This document shows, piece by piece, positions 49,678 through 63,122 of a DNA stretch of 64,000 nucleotides. The notes below the pieces were generated by a model. That model saw nothing but the letters and a program-made list of their open reading frames with translations, was not told the DNA's origin and made no database searches. Position numbers and translations under genes: made by a program. The stretch is from Tubiluchus corallicola (Eukaryota; Animalia; Priapulida), in NCBI GenBank assembly GCA_030141605.1, contig JAQGDQ010000057.1, forward strand, positions 248,001 through 312,000. Reading direction: 5' to 3'. Position 1 is the stretch's first letter. Each line of letters opens with the position of its first letter.

Positions 49678-51769
49678 ATGAATCAAGTGGTCGACACCAT
49701 CTCTTCCTTGACGTCACTTATCCGGATTTCGAGCGGCAATCATGTGCGCGCGCCCTCTGCCTGTGACAGCTTACCAGTTATCTACGACAATAGGAGGAAG
49801 GAGCTAGAGAGAGGCAGGGATAATGTGGTACGAGATGTGAGAGTTTATGATGAACTCATTCCAGCTTTTCAGAGAGGCGATATGAGAATTGAACCAAAAG
49901 ACGTTTTCATTGTTGGGTATCCTAAATCAGGTTTGGAAACATTGTGCCAGTTTGATTTTCATTCTTTCGTTTATTCATCATTTCATTTGTTTCTCATCCC
50001 GCCCACCGTCCACCCATCAATTCTTTTGTGAAACACATTTTTTATTTTGTCGTTTATTTGCCTTTTAGGGCGGGCGCCAAGCATTATTGTATCAACATAT
50101 CTATATGTATGACATATATTTTTATATAATATATAATATTGTTATTATATTATATAGATATGGAATTTGGCACGCTTATAGTTTAATATATGCTCTTTAA
50201 AATACGCTTGATTGCCAACATAAGAACTTAAAATGGCCGGCCAAAATCCAAGATGGCGGCAAGCATTACAAATTCATAATTGCGATAAGCAGGAACTATA
50301 AGCTTTATTATTAGTAAAAATATCTGTGTCTCAAATGTATTACATATAAATACAAACTAATGCATGTGTTACAGTCAATTTACAAAATTTAGACATTATA
50401 TAAAATTCCAAAGTAATAATTTCAGGTGCAAGTTGGATCTGGCACATTCTGGCTAAGATGTTGTCTCGTGGAGATGAAGTAGCTTTTGAAAAACACCTCA
50501 AGACGAAGAACTTCATAGACGTGTTACTTGGCTTGACACCTGACGAAAAAATTGCGAAGATAAACGCAACTGTGGCGACTAAAACAGCAACATCGTCCAC
50601 TAGGCGGTGCTTTCTGTCACATCTATGGCCTGAGTACTTACCACCACTGGTGTTTAAACAGAAGTGCAAGGTAAATGTTATGGAAAATGTGTAAATCGTA
50701 AACATGACATTTATTCATTTCTTACCTTGAAGAACGAATAAGATGGCGTCTGAAGATCATTTAGGCACTTTGAAAATGGGTCAGCAAGTGTGAAATATCA
50801 TCTACTTGATCCAGACCCAAACTGTCCCATGCCTTTCCCGCCATGTGTCCTAAGTAACACATGCGCCAAGTGACACATGTCCTAAGAGAACTGACCGATA
50901 TTGACCCATGATGATGATACGCTACTTCATCTTGTTTGTAATAATGCTGTTTCATCATTTTGTAACAAAATGTGTAAATGACATCCGATCTTGGATGGCA
51001 GCCAACAAACTAATTTTAAATGACTGCTAAACTGAACTAAATCACATTCATTCATAATTTCGTGAGTCTCATTGCCTAGAAACCTTTAAAGTTGGGGATA
51101 ACTATGTTGCACCCTTCGAAGCGGTCAAGGATTTGGGTTTTTGTTTTGATGGCAATGGCATTGGTAATAGTCACGTTTCACAAATTGTCAAGAAAGCATA
51201 TTATGCTCTTTACCGTATTGGTCGCATTCGTAATATTCTTTAGTCCGTGCATGACAGCCGAATCTTTAGTCCGTGCATTACAGCTGAATCTTTAGTCCGT
51301 GCATTACAGCTGAATCTTTAGTCCATGCATTTAGTCTTAGTCACATTTCACTTAGTCTTTTGCACGACCTTCAACTAAATTAAGTTACAAATTGCCTATA
51401 GGCAATACAAAATACGGCAGCACGAATCATTACTCAAACTCGCCCCCATGAGCATATCACACCAGTCCTCTGTGACCTGCATTGGCAGCCTTTTCACAAC
51501 CCACAGAATTCAAAATTCTAGTACATGTACTTACTTATAAATTTTTGCATGAACACTGTGCAAAATATTTGTTTGATTTTTTATTTTTGCATAGCACTAC
51601 TCATGATGGCGTTGCAAGTCGTACCCGCGCAGCAGCTGATGTTTAATAAAAAAAACAGATTTATTGACGGTTTACAATCCATACAATTACAATTATAATT
51701 ACAAGTTACAAAACATTACATAAACAATGCAGTACATTAGATTGTCTTTGTAATCTCTATAATAAACTC

Positions 51770-51803
<34 letters not shown>

Positions 51804-54800
51804 CAACAACAATAATAATAATAATAATAATAATAATATTAATAATAATAATAATAGTATAAGTAATGAAATAAACTAGTATTGTTATTATTAAAAATTA
51901 TAAGAAAACTTTAATGATTTTCTCATTGAAGGTTGTACATCTACTTAGTTAGCTATAGTCAGGCAATTAAATTTTATTAATTTTATAACTGCGTTATTGT
52001 TGTGAAATTTTGCTCTTAGATAATTTACGTGATGAGGAATCCTAAAGATGTCGCTTTGTCGTATTATCATCTTCATCAATCGGCAAAGATGTTTGGGCAA
52101 ATCAAAAAATGGGAATTTAACGAATTCCTTCCGTATTTTATAGACGGAAATGGTAATTATTTTACTATTATGTATAGGAAGAACGGCGGCTCATATATGA
52201 CAATTTACTTTTCTGATCGGATTACTTCAGTAAATGAATAATTGCTAATTATTTGGTCAACAAATGATATTTCCGCGTAAAATTCGTTGTTTCCGCGGAA
52301 GACTTATTCCGACCTAAAAACGTTTCCGCGGAAAGAAGTGATATTCACGCTTAAAACATTCCTTTCACAACTTTTTCGTAAATCCACTTGGATAAGTTCA
52401 CAGTCGTACTGTGAATTATGAAATTGATGTAAGCCTAACAATCCTGCACAAAATTTACTTGTTAGCAGTCTAGTAATTTCCAAAATTTTGACAACATTGA
52501 AATTGTGTCATAGGTAGTATTTCTTTTTATCCGTGTATTTATGTTTTGTGTTTTATGGCCTTTAGATTTCGAAATAAATAACTAATTGAATTGATTCTCA
52601 ATAACTGAAATTCTGATTATTCCTTCGTTTAGGACATAATCCAGGGATAACACGTTAAGTAACTTGAAAAAAATAAAGTTATACTTATTTTCAAGGCGGT
52701 CCCGATTATTACTAACCGCATGTTATTTCGATAAACCAGCGTGCTTGGTCGAAAAACCAGCGTGCTTGAAAAACCAGCGTGCTTGGTCGAAAACCGGCGA
52801 CGCCATTTTTAAGGCTTTGGTATCACTCGGTCGGGAGTTGAACCAGCGACCTCCCTTGTAAAAAGCGAGCACGCTACCACTGATTTATAACCCCCGGTTA
52901 CTTTACTTTCACTTTACTTTCTTCGAAAATTCACGAATTTTCGTAACGTGCACATAATCATAAGCCATCAGTGCTGAGGCTGCGAGCCTTATTAGTTGGG
53001 TTTGGGGAAAAATGAACTTATATGGAAAAACAAAAACATTTTTTTCACATTTTCCGGCAGAGGCTATGTTTTTTCTTTGAGAACAAAATTTTTTCACGAA
53101 AACAATATTTTCTCGACTAAATAATTAGCAGTTATACTTTAGTGACCCAATCAGAAAAATGTTACATCACGTATGAGTCACCGTAAAGAACCATTAATAA
53201 GTAGCGTAATAAGCTTATTTATAAAGGGCCAAAATCTATACAAATAAAAAACAGTATTCTAAAGTGTTGTACAAAATAAGGACGCAGAAAAATACAAATT
53301 AATAGAGATTAAAATTAGAAATTTCATAAAGCACAACATTTTTAAAAAGTACACATGATACGTTCAACGTCATAATACTAGGCAATCTTTAAGGGGAGGG
53401 GGAGAGTTAAAACAGACGAATTAATGACGATAGTTAGCTGTCAAGAATATTTTTTATTTGTTTAATACGCAGTTTTTATTAAAAAATATTTAAAATATTT
53501 ACAAGAACGCTCTTCACAAATCAAAGCAAAAGAATAAATAGTAAAAATAATAATAATCAGTAACTTAGACTGCAGCTATAAAAATTTATGACAAGGAGCG
53601 AACGGATAGATGAATGGAGTGGAAAAGTCTTACATGGAAAGTTTGAAAAGATTGTGGCTGAACAGATCCAGCATAGGATAACCTTATCAGTGGTTAACAT
53701 TTGTGGACAAAAACCTATTATTGGGTCTATCTGTTCCTGCCAGGATTAAGTATTGGCCACAAAAAATATTATACAGACTAGAACATATCACGCCATTAAC
53801 GTAGACTGTGTTAAAAAACAGTAGCACAACTTTTGAGTAATTGTGAATGTTTGAGAAACACAATACAAAAAGCGTCACAAGAGAATAGCTAAAATCATTC
53901 ACTGGGCTTTGTATGGTAAATATGAACGACCTAGAAGCCCATCTTGGTGGGAACACTGACAACGTCGCGGAATATTAAAAAGCAAAAATTCTTTGGGTTT
54001 ATCATATTTTTAAGAAAAAAGCTAAAGAAATACATAGCGGATGCCCTGAATTACCTGTAATCGAAAAAGCAGGCAAGAAAGAGGTGTTGCTCTAGAAAGA
54101 GGAATTAACGTAGTAGTGCCGTGGGCTGCAAAGTTTGCAAACAGAACTAAATACGGAGAGAATGTTAAAAAGCATACTGATCGGGAATTAGGAAGACTGT
54201 AAGATAAGTCAGTTATTAGTGTTGAACCCGTAATAACAGAACGTTTAATATGTGTTGAGGGCACTCTAGAAATTGCAGGAGAATCCAAATGGTAGATGGT
54301 CCAGAAACAAGTCATTTTGGGGTGAGAACATATCTGTAGAGGTTAGAGTTTTAGATAGAAAGTCAATGGTCAAAAGCCAAAAGTCAGATAGCCGGGTAAT
54401 ATTAAGCGGTCCTTAATTCCCCCATTTTCTCATCATGGCCAGACACATCCGTGGCAATCTCAAGGGGACCACCAGGAGGTTAAAAGTGCATCCTAGTCAC
54501 ACTATAAGTTTTTCGTGGTAATGACGAGTCATACTAACGGAACAGTTATTTTTCTTCTATGTAGTTATGTTTGGCTCTTGGTTTGATCATGTGGCAAAGT
54601 GGTGGCAGTATCGTACAAATAGCCCACATATTCTCTTCACAAAATACGAGGATGTTCTTAAGGTAATTTTTGTCATTTCTCATGCCTAAGAAACCGAACA
54701 GACAGAAACCTAAAAATAGAGGAGCCGGGTTTTCTTTTAGTGCAAGTCCAAAGATTAATTTTGTAGAAATTTGAAAATAATTATCAGTGGATAACTAAAT

Positions 54801-56820
54801 AATTATAGCATATAATTCTTTATTTAAAATTTCAAGTTGATGTTGGTATAAACGGTCACGTATTACCTTTAAATTTTAAAGTCAAGTTCTTCAAATTCAG
54901 TTGTGAAATCACCTGTGCCTAATAAGGTCATGATTGTATGTAATTTTCAGTTAGAAATTAATTATGTTGTAATCACTCCGATAGTTGTTAGTCTGGTAAA
55001 TTTCAAATCCAAGTTCAGCTACAAGTACTTCACTGTTTATATACTTTCAATAACTAAATTTTTAAACATTGGAGCGCTGAACCTGCTGTAAACAAGTGCA
55101 ATGAAATTTTGTACCCATCACATGAAAACTTTCTTTTTGTGCACATTTCTATTAAACCAGGGCCACAATAAATAAGCCTTTTTACAGTTTCAGCAATTGA
55201 TGATGATCGTAAAAAGGCCAAAGGTTGAGTGAGCCAGACAACACATTTTTATACACGTGACAACGCGTCGCAGCACATGTTATTGTAATAGTAACAGTAT
55301 TAACAGCTAGCTAGAACCTTATCTAGTTCATTTTTTCTTGTTCCCAAACAAGATCCTGCTAGTAAATCACGCTCATCATCATCATATGCTCGTTACGTCT
55401 ATTGTAGATATTGCAGGCAGAATTCTAAAATAAAAAAGCTCTACCTTCAAAACAGGTGAACACAGCACTAATCAAGCAAAAAAAACTAGACACTGCTATG
55501 CCAGTGGTTTGTCATCACCACTTCCAAAAATCGCTCCGCGCACAGACTAATGCATAGTTAAGTAAAGTCCACGTCAACAACTGAAGTTACTGAACTGATG
55601 TTACAGATGGCGTTGTTTTACCCACATGTAACGCGATGGCTGTAGATAAGACGCGTTGCTTGAGTTCAGTTAACTTTTGACCTGCAGTAACTGAGCATGC
55701 GCACAACGTGAAAAGTCTTATTATTAATCAAGTGGGCAGAAATGAACAAATGAACCCAAAAAGAAGGTTGCAGTATTTTGTTTTTGACGTGCTATGTTGT
55801 ATTGGTTATTTGTGTTTACGGAATAAAGTAAAAGGCATAAAGCAAACGAGAAACAAGCAAAAAAGCAAACATTCAGACTAGTGAATTAGCAACCAATACA
55901 GTTTGTTAATTTTTGGCTGATCGGGAGAGCATCAGAGGAACAGTAATTAATTGTTACATTTACTGAGTGTCTTAGTCAAAATGCAAAATCGTTTCAACTG
56001 TACAAACTATTTCTAGGATCGAGAAAAGTACATCCGAAGATTAGCAGAGTTTCTAGAAACAGATCTGAGCTATCACGAAGTACGATCAGTTTCAAAAGCT
56101 ACGAGTTTTACAATGACCAAAGAGTTCATAAGTGATACAAGTAAAACGGTGATTAAGAGCATGGCAACCAGCCTCGATGGTCATTGTAGATGTTCATCTA
56201 AAGACCTCTTAAGCGGCGATTCGTCCACTTCGACTCCTTTTCTTAATCAAGGTATTTCATCTTCACATACAATGATATTACTCATGATATTACATAGGAC
56301 TCCACTGGTTGCATTGACAGCCAATGATTAATTACGAGCTCCCAGCATGAGCTATCATCGTCTTATCCAGTTTGGTTCCCAATGCATCGTCACTTTAGCA
56401 GTAATGATATTAAATGAAGATTAACGGTGACGACGGCCACGATGATAATGGACGATTGTGATCGTGGTGATGTTGATGTGATTGTGAAACAAAAAATATT
56501 ACTTCTGCAAATAGTAAAAAAATTAGCTCAAGAACATCCTCGTTTTTTTTTAAAAGCGAGGAAGTCAGGACAGATTTAAAATAGGCATTTTCGCTATTTA
56601 AGCTTTACAGTGGAAACTATAGCGTCCCTTTGTAATGCCCAAAGGGATTATATGATTATTTTTGAACATGCTAGGCCGTTATTATTACAACCAATGTTTT
56701 ATTGCAGGTATAGCTGGTGAATGGAAACATTATTTCACTGTAGCAGACGACGAAGCATTTGATCAAAAATATTGGATGCACATGTCAGAATGCAGGGGAC
56801 TCTCCTTTGATTATGAATAG
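49678..56820 (+). CDS. Cytosolic-type sulfotransferase (Sulfotransfer_1 family), atypical motifs; about 358 aa; exons 49678-49930, 50426-50670, 52020-52152, 54565-54662, 56017-56251, 56708-56820
   Basis: DVFIVGYPKSGASW, RCFLSHL, IIYVMRNPKDVALSYYH, FGSWFDHVAKWW, KYEDV, LAEFL, PFLNQGIAGEWKHYFT. Open and phase-consistent across six exons. Confidence 0.92.
50960..51560 (+). mobile_element. L2-clade LINE 3' relic with internal 26-bp tandem repeat (51237-51331)
   Basis: CVNDIRSWMAANKLILND and IQNTAARIITQTRPHEHITPVLCDLHWQP. Confidence 0.8.
51770..51856. repeat. (AAT)n/(AAC)n microsatellite
   Basis: Direct reading; another (AAT)n at ~44193-44230. Confidence 0.9.
52175..53195. mobile_element. MITE with diverged TIRs of about 100 bp, containing a nested tRNA-SINE fragment (52790-52882, minus strand)
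   Basis: 52180-52278 is the approximate reverse complement of 53095-53190. The nested fragment has B box GGTTCAACTCC on the minus strand. Confidence 0.55.
53560..54480 (-). mobile_element. Probable degraded LINE 3' fragment
   Basis: Relatively GC-rich, coding-like intronic segment with CR1-like wording on the minus strand; no intact motif. Confidence 0.35.
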
Positions 56821-57139
56821 AAAATTACATGTGTGAAATTGTTTCTTGTATTTCTCAATAAATAATTGTGCAATTTGAATGTGCGAACCTTACAGTATAG
56901 TGATTATTTGCTTGTAAAAGACATGAAGCTAAAAATCTTCGTAGTAACATGAGCATTCAAAATGTAATTTTGAGCATGGAAAGTATTTCAAGGGCTGCAT
57001 AAATTGGAGAAACTTGTAAATTGCAGATAAGCAGTCACTGATGTTAAAGTTGTCTAATGTATAATCGTATTTGTGTGTATGACAAAGTAACAAATTAAGA
57101 TAAAATAGATTAACAATGATATTAGCAAGTAAATTTATT

Positions 57140-57530
57140 TTTGAACTTAAAATCCTGCTCTCATTGCGAATATTCAATTTATTTTATTATAAACTTACTG
57201 TAAAACTTGTTTCTTTTGATTTCAATCACTTCTATGTTGGCAGTATTAAATTTGAAGAACCGCCATTTTTTTGTTGAACGTTATGAGCAGAGTCACGAGG
57301 TGTCGAGGTCACCAAAAACTGACAAACAAACATCGGTAACCAAAGACGCTTTCTGCACCTCGTATGTCATTCTCGCTCATTCACGCCAAAGACGCAAAAC
57401 ATGACGATCTTTATGCACGTGTTCGAAATTCTCCAGAAAAATGTAAAGCATATATTTTATCAGTCTCTTCTGTTTAATAATAATTATGAATTCCGTGTAA
57501 TTGTTTTTGTGTAATCATAAAATGTGTTAA
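57140..57530 (+). mobile_element. Partial copy of the Kolobok-like family
   Basis: Aligns to 4250-4620. Confidence 0.65.
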
Positions 57531-58249
57531 AAACATATTTACAAATACGAAGCTTCATTTACAAATCTTCACTTGGAAACAACTCGCCACCACTCATCTT
57601 TAATTATTAAATTGTCTACAGGTTACTGTTTTCTGCAAAGCTTGTTTTAAAACAGGAATGACTAAGCAGGTGATATTATTATTATTATTTCTATTCACAT
57701 TTATGATAATATTTCACGCAAACATATTCAACATTTTATTAGCGCCAAAAATGTGTACAATATAAAAACAAGACGAACACACAATTTCAATTTTCAACCA
57801 AACAAACAAATATTATAAAATTGTTCCTCTTAGTTATTTAAATGGAGAGTTTAATGATTAGTATATAAAATAGATTGTAACTCATCTGACCTCATTTTCA
57901 GTGATATTATACTGAACGCCCCCTTTCACGCTAAAGTTTAAAGTTTCTGTTGAGGCCCAGTTTGCAACTCACCTATATAAAAGCGGTCTTCTCTGTTTTT
58001 TTACTGATTTAATTAGTTCAATGTACCGTGAACTCTATTTCATCATTTTTTGATCTACTTAATGTAATTTGCAAATAAAGGTATCGTTTTTCTTACACAT
58101 CATTCTGTTGTTTCAATAATCGGTGTCAGAAAGGGAATTAGACCACATGGCCTCCTCATCTGTGGGTATCGAATCAACCCAGGTAGTTTTAGCCTTTGTC
58201 GGCGTAGTACCACCTGCAGTTCATTGGTGTCAGAAGAAGTGGATGATGC

Positions 58250-58860
58250 ATCCCACTCATAATTTACTGTTGATATCCGTAACTTTAACTCTTTAAACAT
58301 CTTTAAATCTCGACTAAAGAATCACATGTCTTTTAATAAGGGGCCCTCTTGCTTTTCAAGTGGTACTCGAAATTCATCTGTATACCATACTAGAATGAGA
58401 GTTGGTTTTTCTCAACTTAATTATGATTTATACTTATAATTGAGATGCGGTTCTGCTTATGAAACAGTCGGTCATTACTTAATTAGCTGCCCTCTTTACC
58501 ACCAGGCCAGACATGACTTATTTACAAATCTCTGCACTCTTTTGTCAGCTTTTAACATCAATGTTTACAGTCTTGCATCAAATGAACTTGTACGTTTGTT
58601 CCTGCACGGGAACTATGAATAATTTTGTGAACACTCAACTTTTTGTTTTAGTGCAGTCTTTTATTTCAAACATCAAGCGCTTTAAATAGTATTAACTTTG
58701 TTACTCTTGTCGCATAGTAATGTTCATATTTATTGCAACATTTTTTGTAGATTGTACATTGTTCTCCATTTGTCTAGCGTTTCGCTCCCACTAGGGAGAA
58801 CATATATAAGCTGTAAAACTGTCTGTTTCAAGCCTAGATGTTACCCCTTCAATAAATTAT
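58250..58860 (+). mobile_element. CR1-group LINE 3' end relic with zinc knuckle
   Basis: HTRMRVGFSQLNYDL and CGSAYETVGHYLISCPLYHQARHDL, followed by aataaa. Confidence 0.65.
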
Positions 58861-59991
58861 GGTTAAACCAAAGTTCAATTCACAAAGACTATAATCTGTC
58901 CCAACCAATGATTGTAAAATTTCGACCACCTGTCACCCGAGGTCATTCTTCTAGATATGAAATAAAGCAGTAAGCGTGGAACTTGTCATACCACGGATAT
59001 TGTTTTCTTCCTTCATTCAATGACTTTCATAATTAAAAAAAGTAATCTAACGCATGCTTGACCCGTCACCTGTCGTTAGTGGGCAGGTCGTCATCAGCTT
59101 CAGTAGTCAACAGCGTTTACCGGAAAAAATTTCTAGGTCAAACTTGGCACGGCCTGCTCGAGATATACCTGTGCCGCACGTAAATAGCATATACAGGTCT
59201 TTAATATAATTATAATGCATTCCACGGGTACCTTAGTCACCTAGTTTTTAATTTTCTTCGATTATTCTTTACCCAATGACAGCTTGGAATGTGCTCGATA
59301 TCAGTTTATTGGATTTTCATTTTAACTCTGAAACAGAACTGATAGAAACAAAGTTCAAACGTTTAGCTAGTCTAATAGCGCTTACATTTTTCTGGTACAC
59401 ACTTCAAAAACGATAAATAAAGTTTATTGCAATACTTCTAACTGCCGTACGATGTTTCAAAACTTCGTCATTCTGTTTTTATTGAGATTTATAAATGAAA
59501 ACACAGCAAAACCGGCAATTGAACATTTTCACAGTTTTCTGTCGATTAAATTGCATATTTTCCAGCACTAAATAGGTTTTTTAATTTGGTTAATTAGAAT
59601 CTGTCATTTAGTGGTCGAGCATTCAGAAATTTCAATTGTGTCCATGCGGTCTCTAGTCATGATAAATCAGAGTCTTACTAATGAAGTTTAAAATCCAACT
59701 TCCCTATTTAAGTAACATAGGCAAATTGTTAATTAACATAATTATCAGTAATTGATTAACATGGGTTGAACATTATAATAACATGAGTTAGAGAAATTAA
59801 TTATTAATTAATGTTATTGCTGTATGGTTTGTTAAAATCGTAATGATACACTACCACTGATTAAGCGTTTCTGGGCTGTTCCGGTTAGTGCCCACCGTGG
59901 ACAACGTGGTGATAACATTGACCGCAGAAGAGCAAAGCATTCACTAGTAGCACGAACTTTCACGATCAGTTCCTTTTCCTTGGTGAGACAT

Positions 59992-61420
59992 ATGCAAAAC
60001 ATGCACATTTTCCGAGCGATTTTGCAGGTAAAAAGTTTATTTAGCGTATTTTTGCAGATTTGGTTCGTAAGCTGAAACATCAACTTCATTAAGTTAATTA
60101 ATTACCATTTTTCATAAAGTTTGGTATCTCCCAAAGAATGTTCTAGCTTGTTTTTATGGTAGATAATGAAATCAAAAATTTTAATTTAACTATGAATTGG
60201 ATTTAAGCTGTAGAGCCGTCTTTACCCAATTCAGGGCAAATAAATAAACAGAAAATTAACTGATGGATTGATTAATTAAAGTTTAACATTGCTCTCAGGC
60301 AAAAATCTATTTCCAGTAACCAGGCTAAAGACGCACGTCTATGTTCTCTTTTCGTCTGATTCAAAGCAACTGTTACTAAATAATTTTGCTACAACTTCTT
60401 GCCCGTAAAAGTAGCACTCGCAGGCTAATAAACGTGAATGTTGCTTTTGGCAGTAACTTTGAGAAAGAACTCTATAGACTCACAACTGCCACCAAAATGA
60501 TTTTTTAAGATTTTTATTTGATACGTTTATTTTTTTATTTTGAGGCTGCGTACATCCTGGCAAGCGTCACTATAGCAACGAGCGTTAAAGTTCTGGAAAG
60601 AAACCACCTTCAGAAAAGTCGTGGAAGAAGCAGCCAATATCCTAAGGCATTTGTTTCAGAACCAGGTATGTTTATTTGGAATGCTGCTGAGTTAACTCAC
60701 TTTCTGTTAATTCGCTGACCCTGTCATTTACATTTTGTTTTTTACTGTAGCTAAGACGGCAATGACAATACCTAAACAAGCTCAGTTACATGGTCGAGGA
60801 TACCATAACGTACCACACTATAAGCGTTCTTACAGGCATCACAATGTGGGTTATTTGCCAGCTAAGCAGTTCATAGAAAAAGAAAACAAGCACCGAATAT
60901 GGCAGACCATACTTCAACGTCAAAGGTCTTTGATTCAAAAAGATCAAACTAAAAGAAATAACATTGAAGACTCGCAGACTGTGTTCACTGGAGGTACAGA
61001 GCTGATTTTTACAATCTTATTTGTTTAAAAAAGAAAAATCAGTGTGTTTAAACGATTTGAAAAACAAATAAGAACTTTAACCGGTAACTAACTTGACGAA
61101 ATTTTTCATGAATGACACTTGAAACGAGCATGGTAGGAGGGTTAATTCCTCCCACCTTCCGTTCGTGTTATATTCGATTTTTCGATGCTTGAGTATTGTT
61201 TCGAGTTCAGTCTTTTTCATTCATTTACTCATCTATTCATTCACTCCCTCTGTCAGCAGTTGTTCTTGTTATTCACTTATTTACTCTTTTTTTACAAGCT
61301 ACGTTCGAACCATGTGTTTTGCAAGATGGTTTCATGGTCACATTTGCACAACAAACTGACACCGACCATATCAAATTTAGTTCACCTACAAATGATCTTA
61401 CAGCGTTGACTTCGTGTCAG
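59992..61420 (+). CDS. 5' part of an unknown secreted protein gene; exons 59992-60027, 60545-60665, 60751-60993, 61299-61420; remainder not identified
   Basis: In-phase splice gives MQNMHIFRAILQAAYILASVTIATS (signal-peptide-like), a basic His/Arg/Gln-rich region, then ATFEPCVLQDGFMVTF...ALTSCQ. The exon 2 acceptor is GAG. Confidence 0.65.
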
Positions 61421-61583
61421 GTAAAGTGACAGATATTTAGTTGTTTCAAAAATTAAATTTAAAGCTTTATTTTTATGTGTATCATACTTTTTATGGCCTA
61501 ACAACACACATGCAACGAATAAACGTAATAATTAGTAAAATAGCGGATCAAAAATAATCTTCCTTTTTATTAGTTTTTACCGC

Positions 61584-61715
<132 letters not shown>

Positions 61716-62684
61716 CGTACCTAAGTGCGCCTATAAAAGCAGTCTTGTGGCAGTGCACAACTATAGTTAAATGATTTTTTGAGAATAGCCTGTCTTGCTG
61801 ATACTCAAGTGAAATTATTTTGAGCTGCTGAAGCTGACACACATCACGATCAGTGAAGCTGACCTGTAGAAACCGGCTTAAAAACTTGCTGTCATGCTAT
61901 CAACACAACTTGTGATATACAGCCGCCCTAAAAACTGCAGTACGTTAAACGCAGTACGGCAGTTACCGTTCGGCGGATGTCGAAAGACCTGACACGGTCT
62001 GTGTAAAAGAGGGCGCGGCAATAATGAGGGTGTACAACCAAAAATTTTGCCTCCATTTGGTTTTAGTACTTATGGATAGTGTTTTATGTTGAAAATTAAA
62101 TCTATAATCAATTATTTAAGAGATTGCATTGTTTATTTAAGATACATAATTTATTATGTTACTACAGTGTGAAGTAAGGCCTATATAAATATTGCAATTA
62201 ACATATAAATTGGATAGGACATTGTTTTAACAATGCAAAGCACGACTTTTGGCATTGCGATCTTTATATGCAAGATCTGTGTTATTCCGTAAACATGATG
62301 CTTGTTCAATCGGTTCTATAAACTTGAAAGTGGAACTTTAACCATAGCTATATAGGCTAGGAGATGAGAATGAAGCACAGCTGCAGCGGCTCCACATTGC
62401 ACTGCCAACAACTCTAGGATAGGTTCTAAGGCAACAACCAAAAACAAGATTCTAGCAGCCAGTTGAATCCGAGAAGCCTCACCATAATGGGCACTTCCAT
62501 CATCTCTTCACCTTCAGAAGCAAATTACAACGTTGCCTAGAGTTGCTTGAACAGTTTAGGAAAGTTCAACTTCAAGTCCAACCTTCTGACTCGGAAAAAG
62601 GAGCGTCATGAACAAAAGTCAGTGAACATAAGTCAGAGAAATTGTTCGGAATTCACCAAAACTCACTAGAAACTTGTTATTTAA

Positions 62685-63122
62685 AGTCAAACTAAACCCT
62701 CATTATAATATAAGCTTTTACAACTTAAAATTATACTCTCATTGCGAATATTTAATTTATTTTATTATAAACTTACTGTAAAACTTGTCACCTTTAATCT
62801 TTTATAACTTCTTATGAGCGGTATTAAATTTGAAGAACTGCCATTTTTCTTCGCGTGAAACGAATGACGTAATGAGTGCAGTCATGAGGTTACCAGAGAT
62901 CAGTAAACGAACATCGGTAACCAAAGACGCTTTTTGTAGTACGCACGTCATTCTCGCTCAATCTCGCCAAAGACGCGGAAAACGATGCTGTTTGCGGCAA
63001 TGCACGTGTTCGAAATTCGCCAGATATTTTATTTAATTTATAAGATAAAAAAGATAAGTTATTTAATTTACAGGTTTCTTTTGTTTAATAATAAGTATGA
63101 ATTCGTTGTGTAATCATAATCT
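62685..63122 (+). mobile_element. Kolobok-like family copy
   Basis: ttaa-AGTCAAACTAAACCCTCA start; aligns to 4202-4615. Confidence 0.65.

Noticed and set aside
62340-62640. Coding-like GC-richer patch
   Set aside because: Stops in the frames checked, no clear splice sites or motifs; possibly a TE relic, unassignable.
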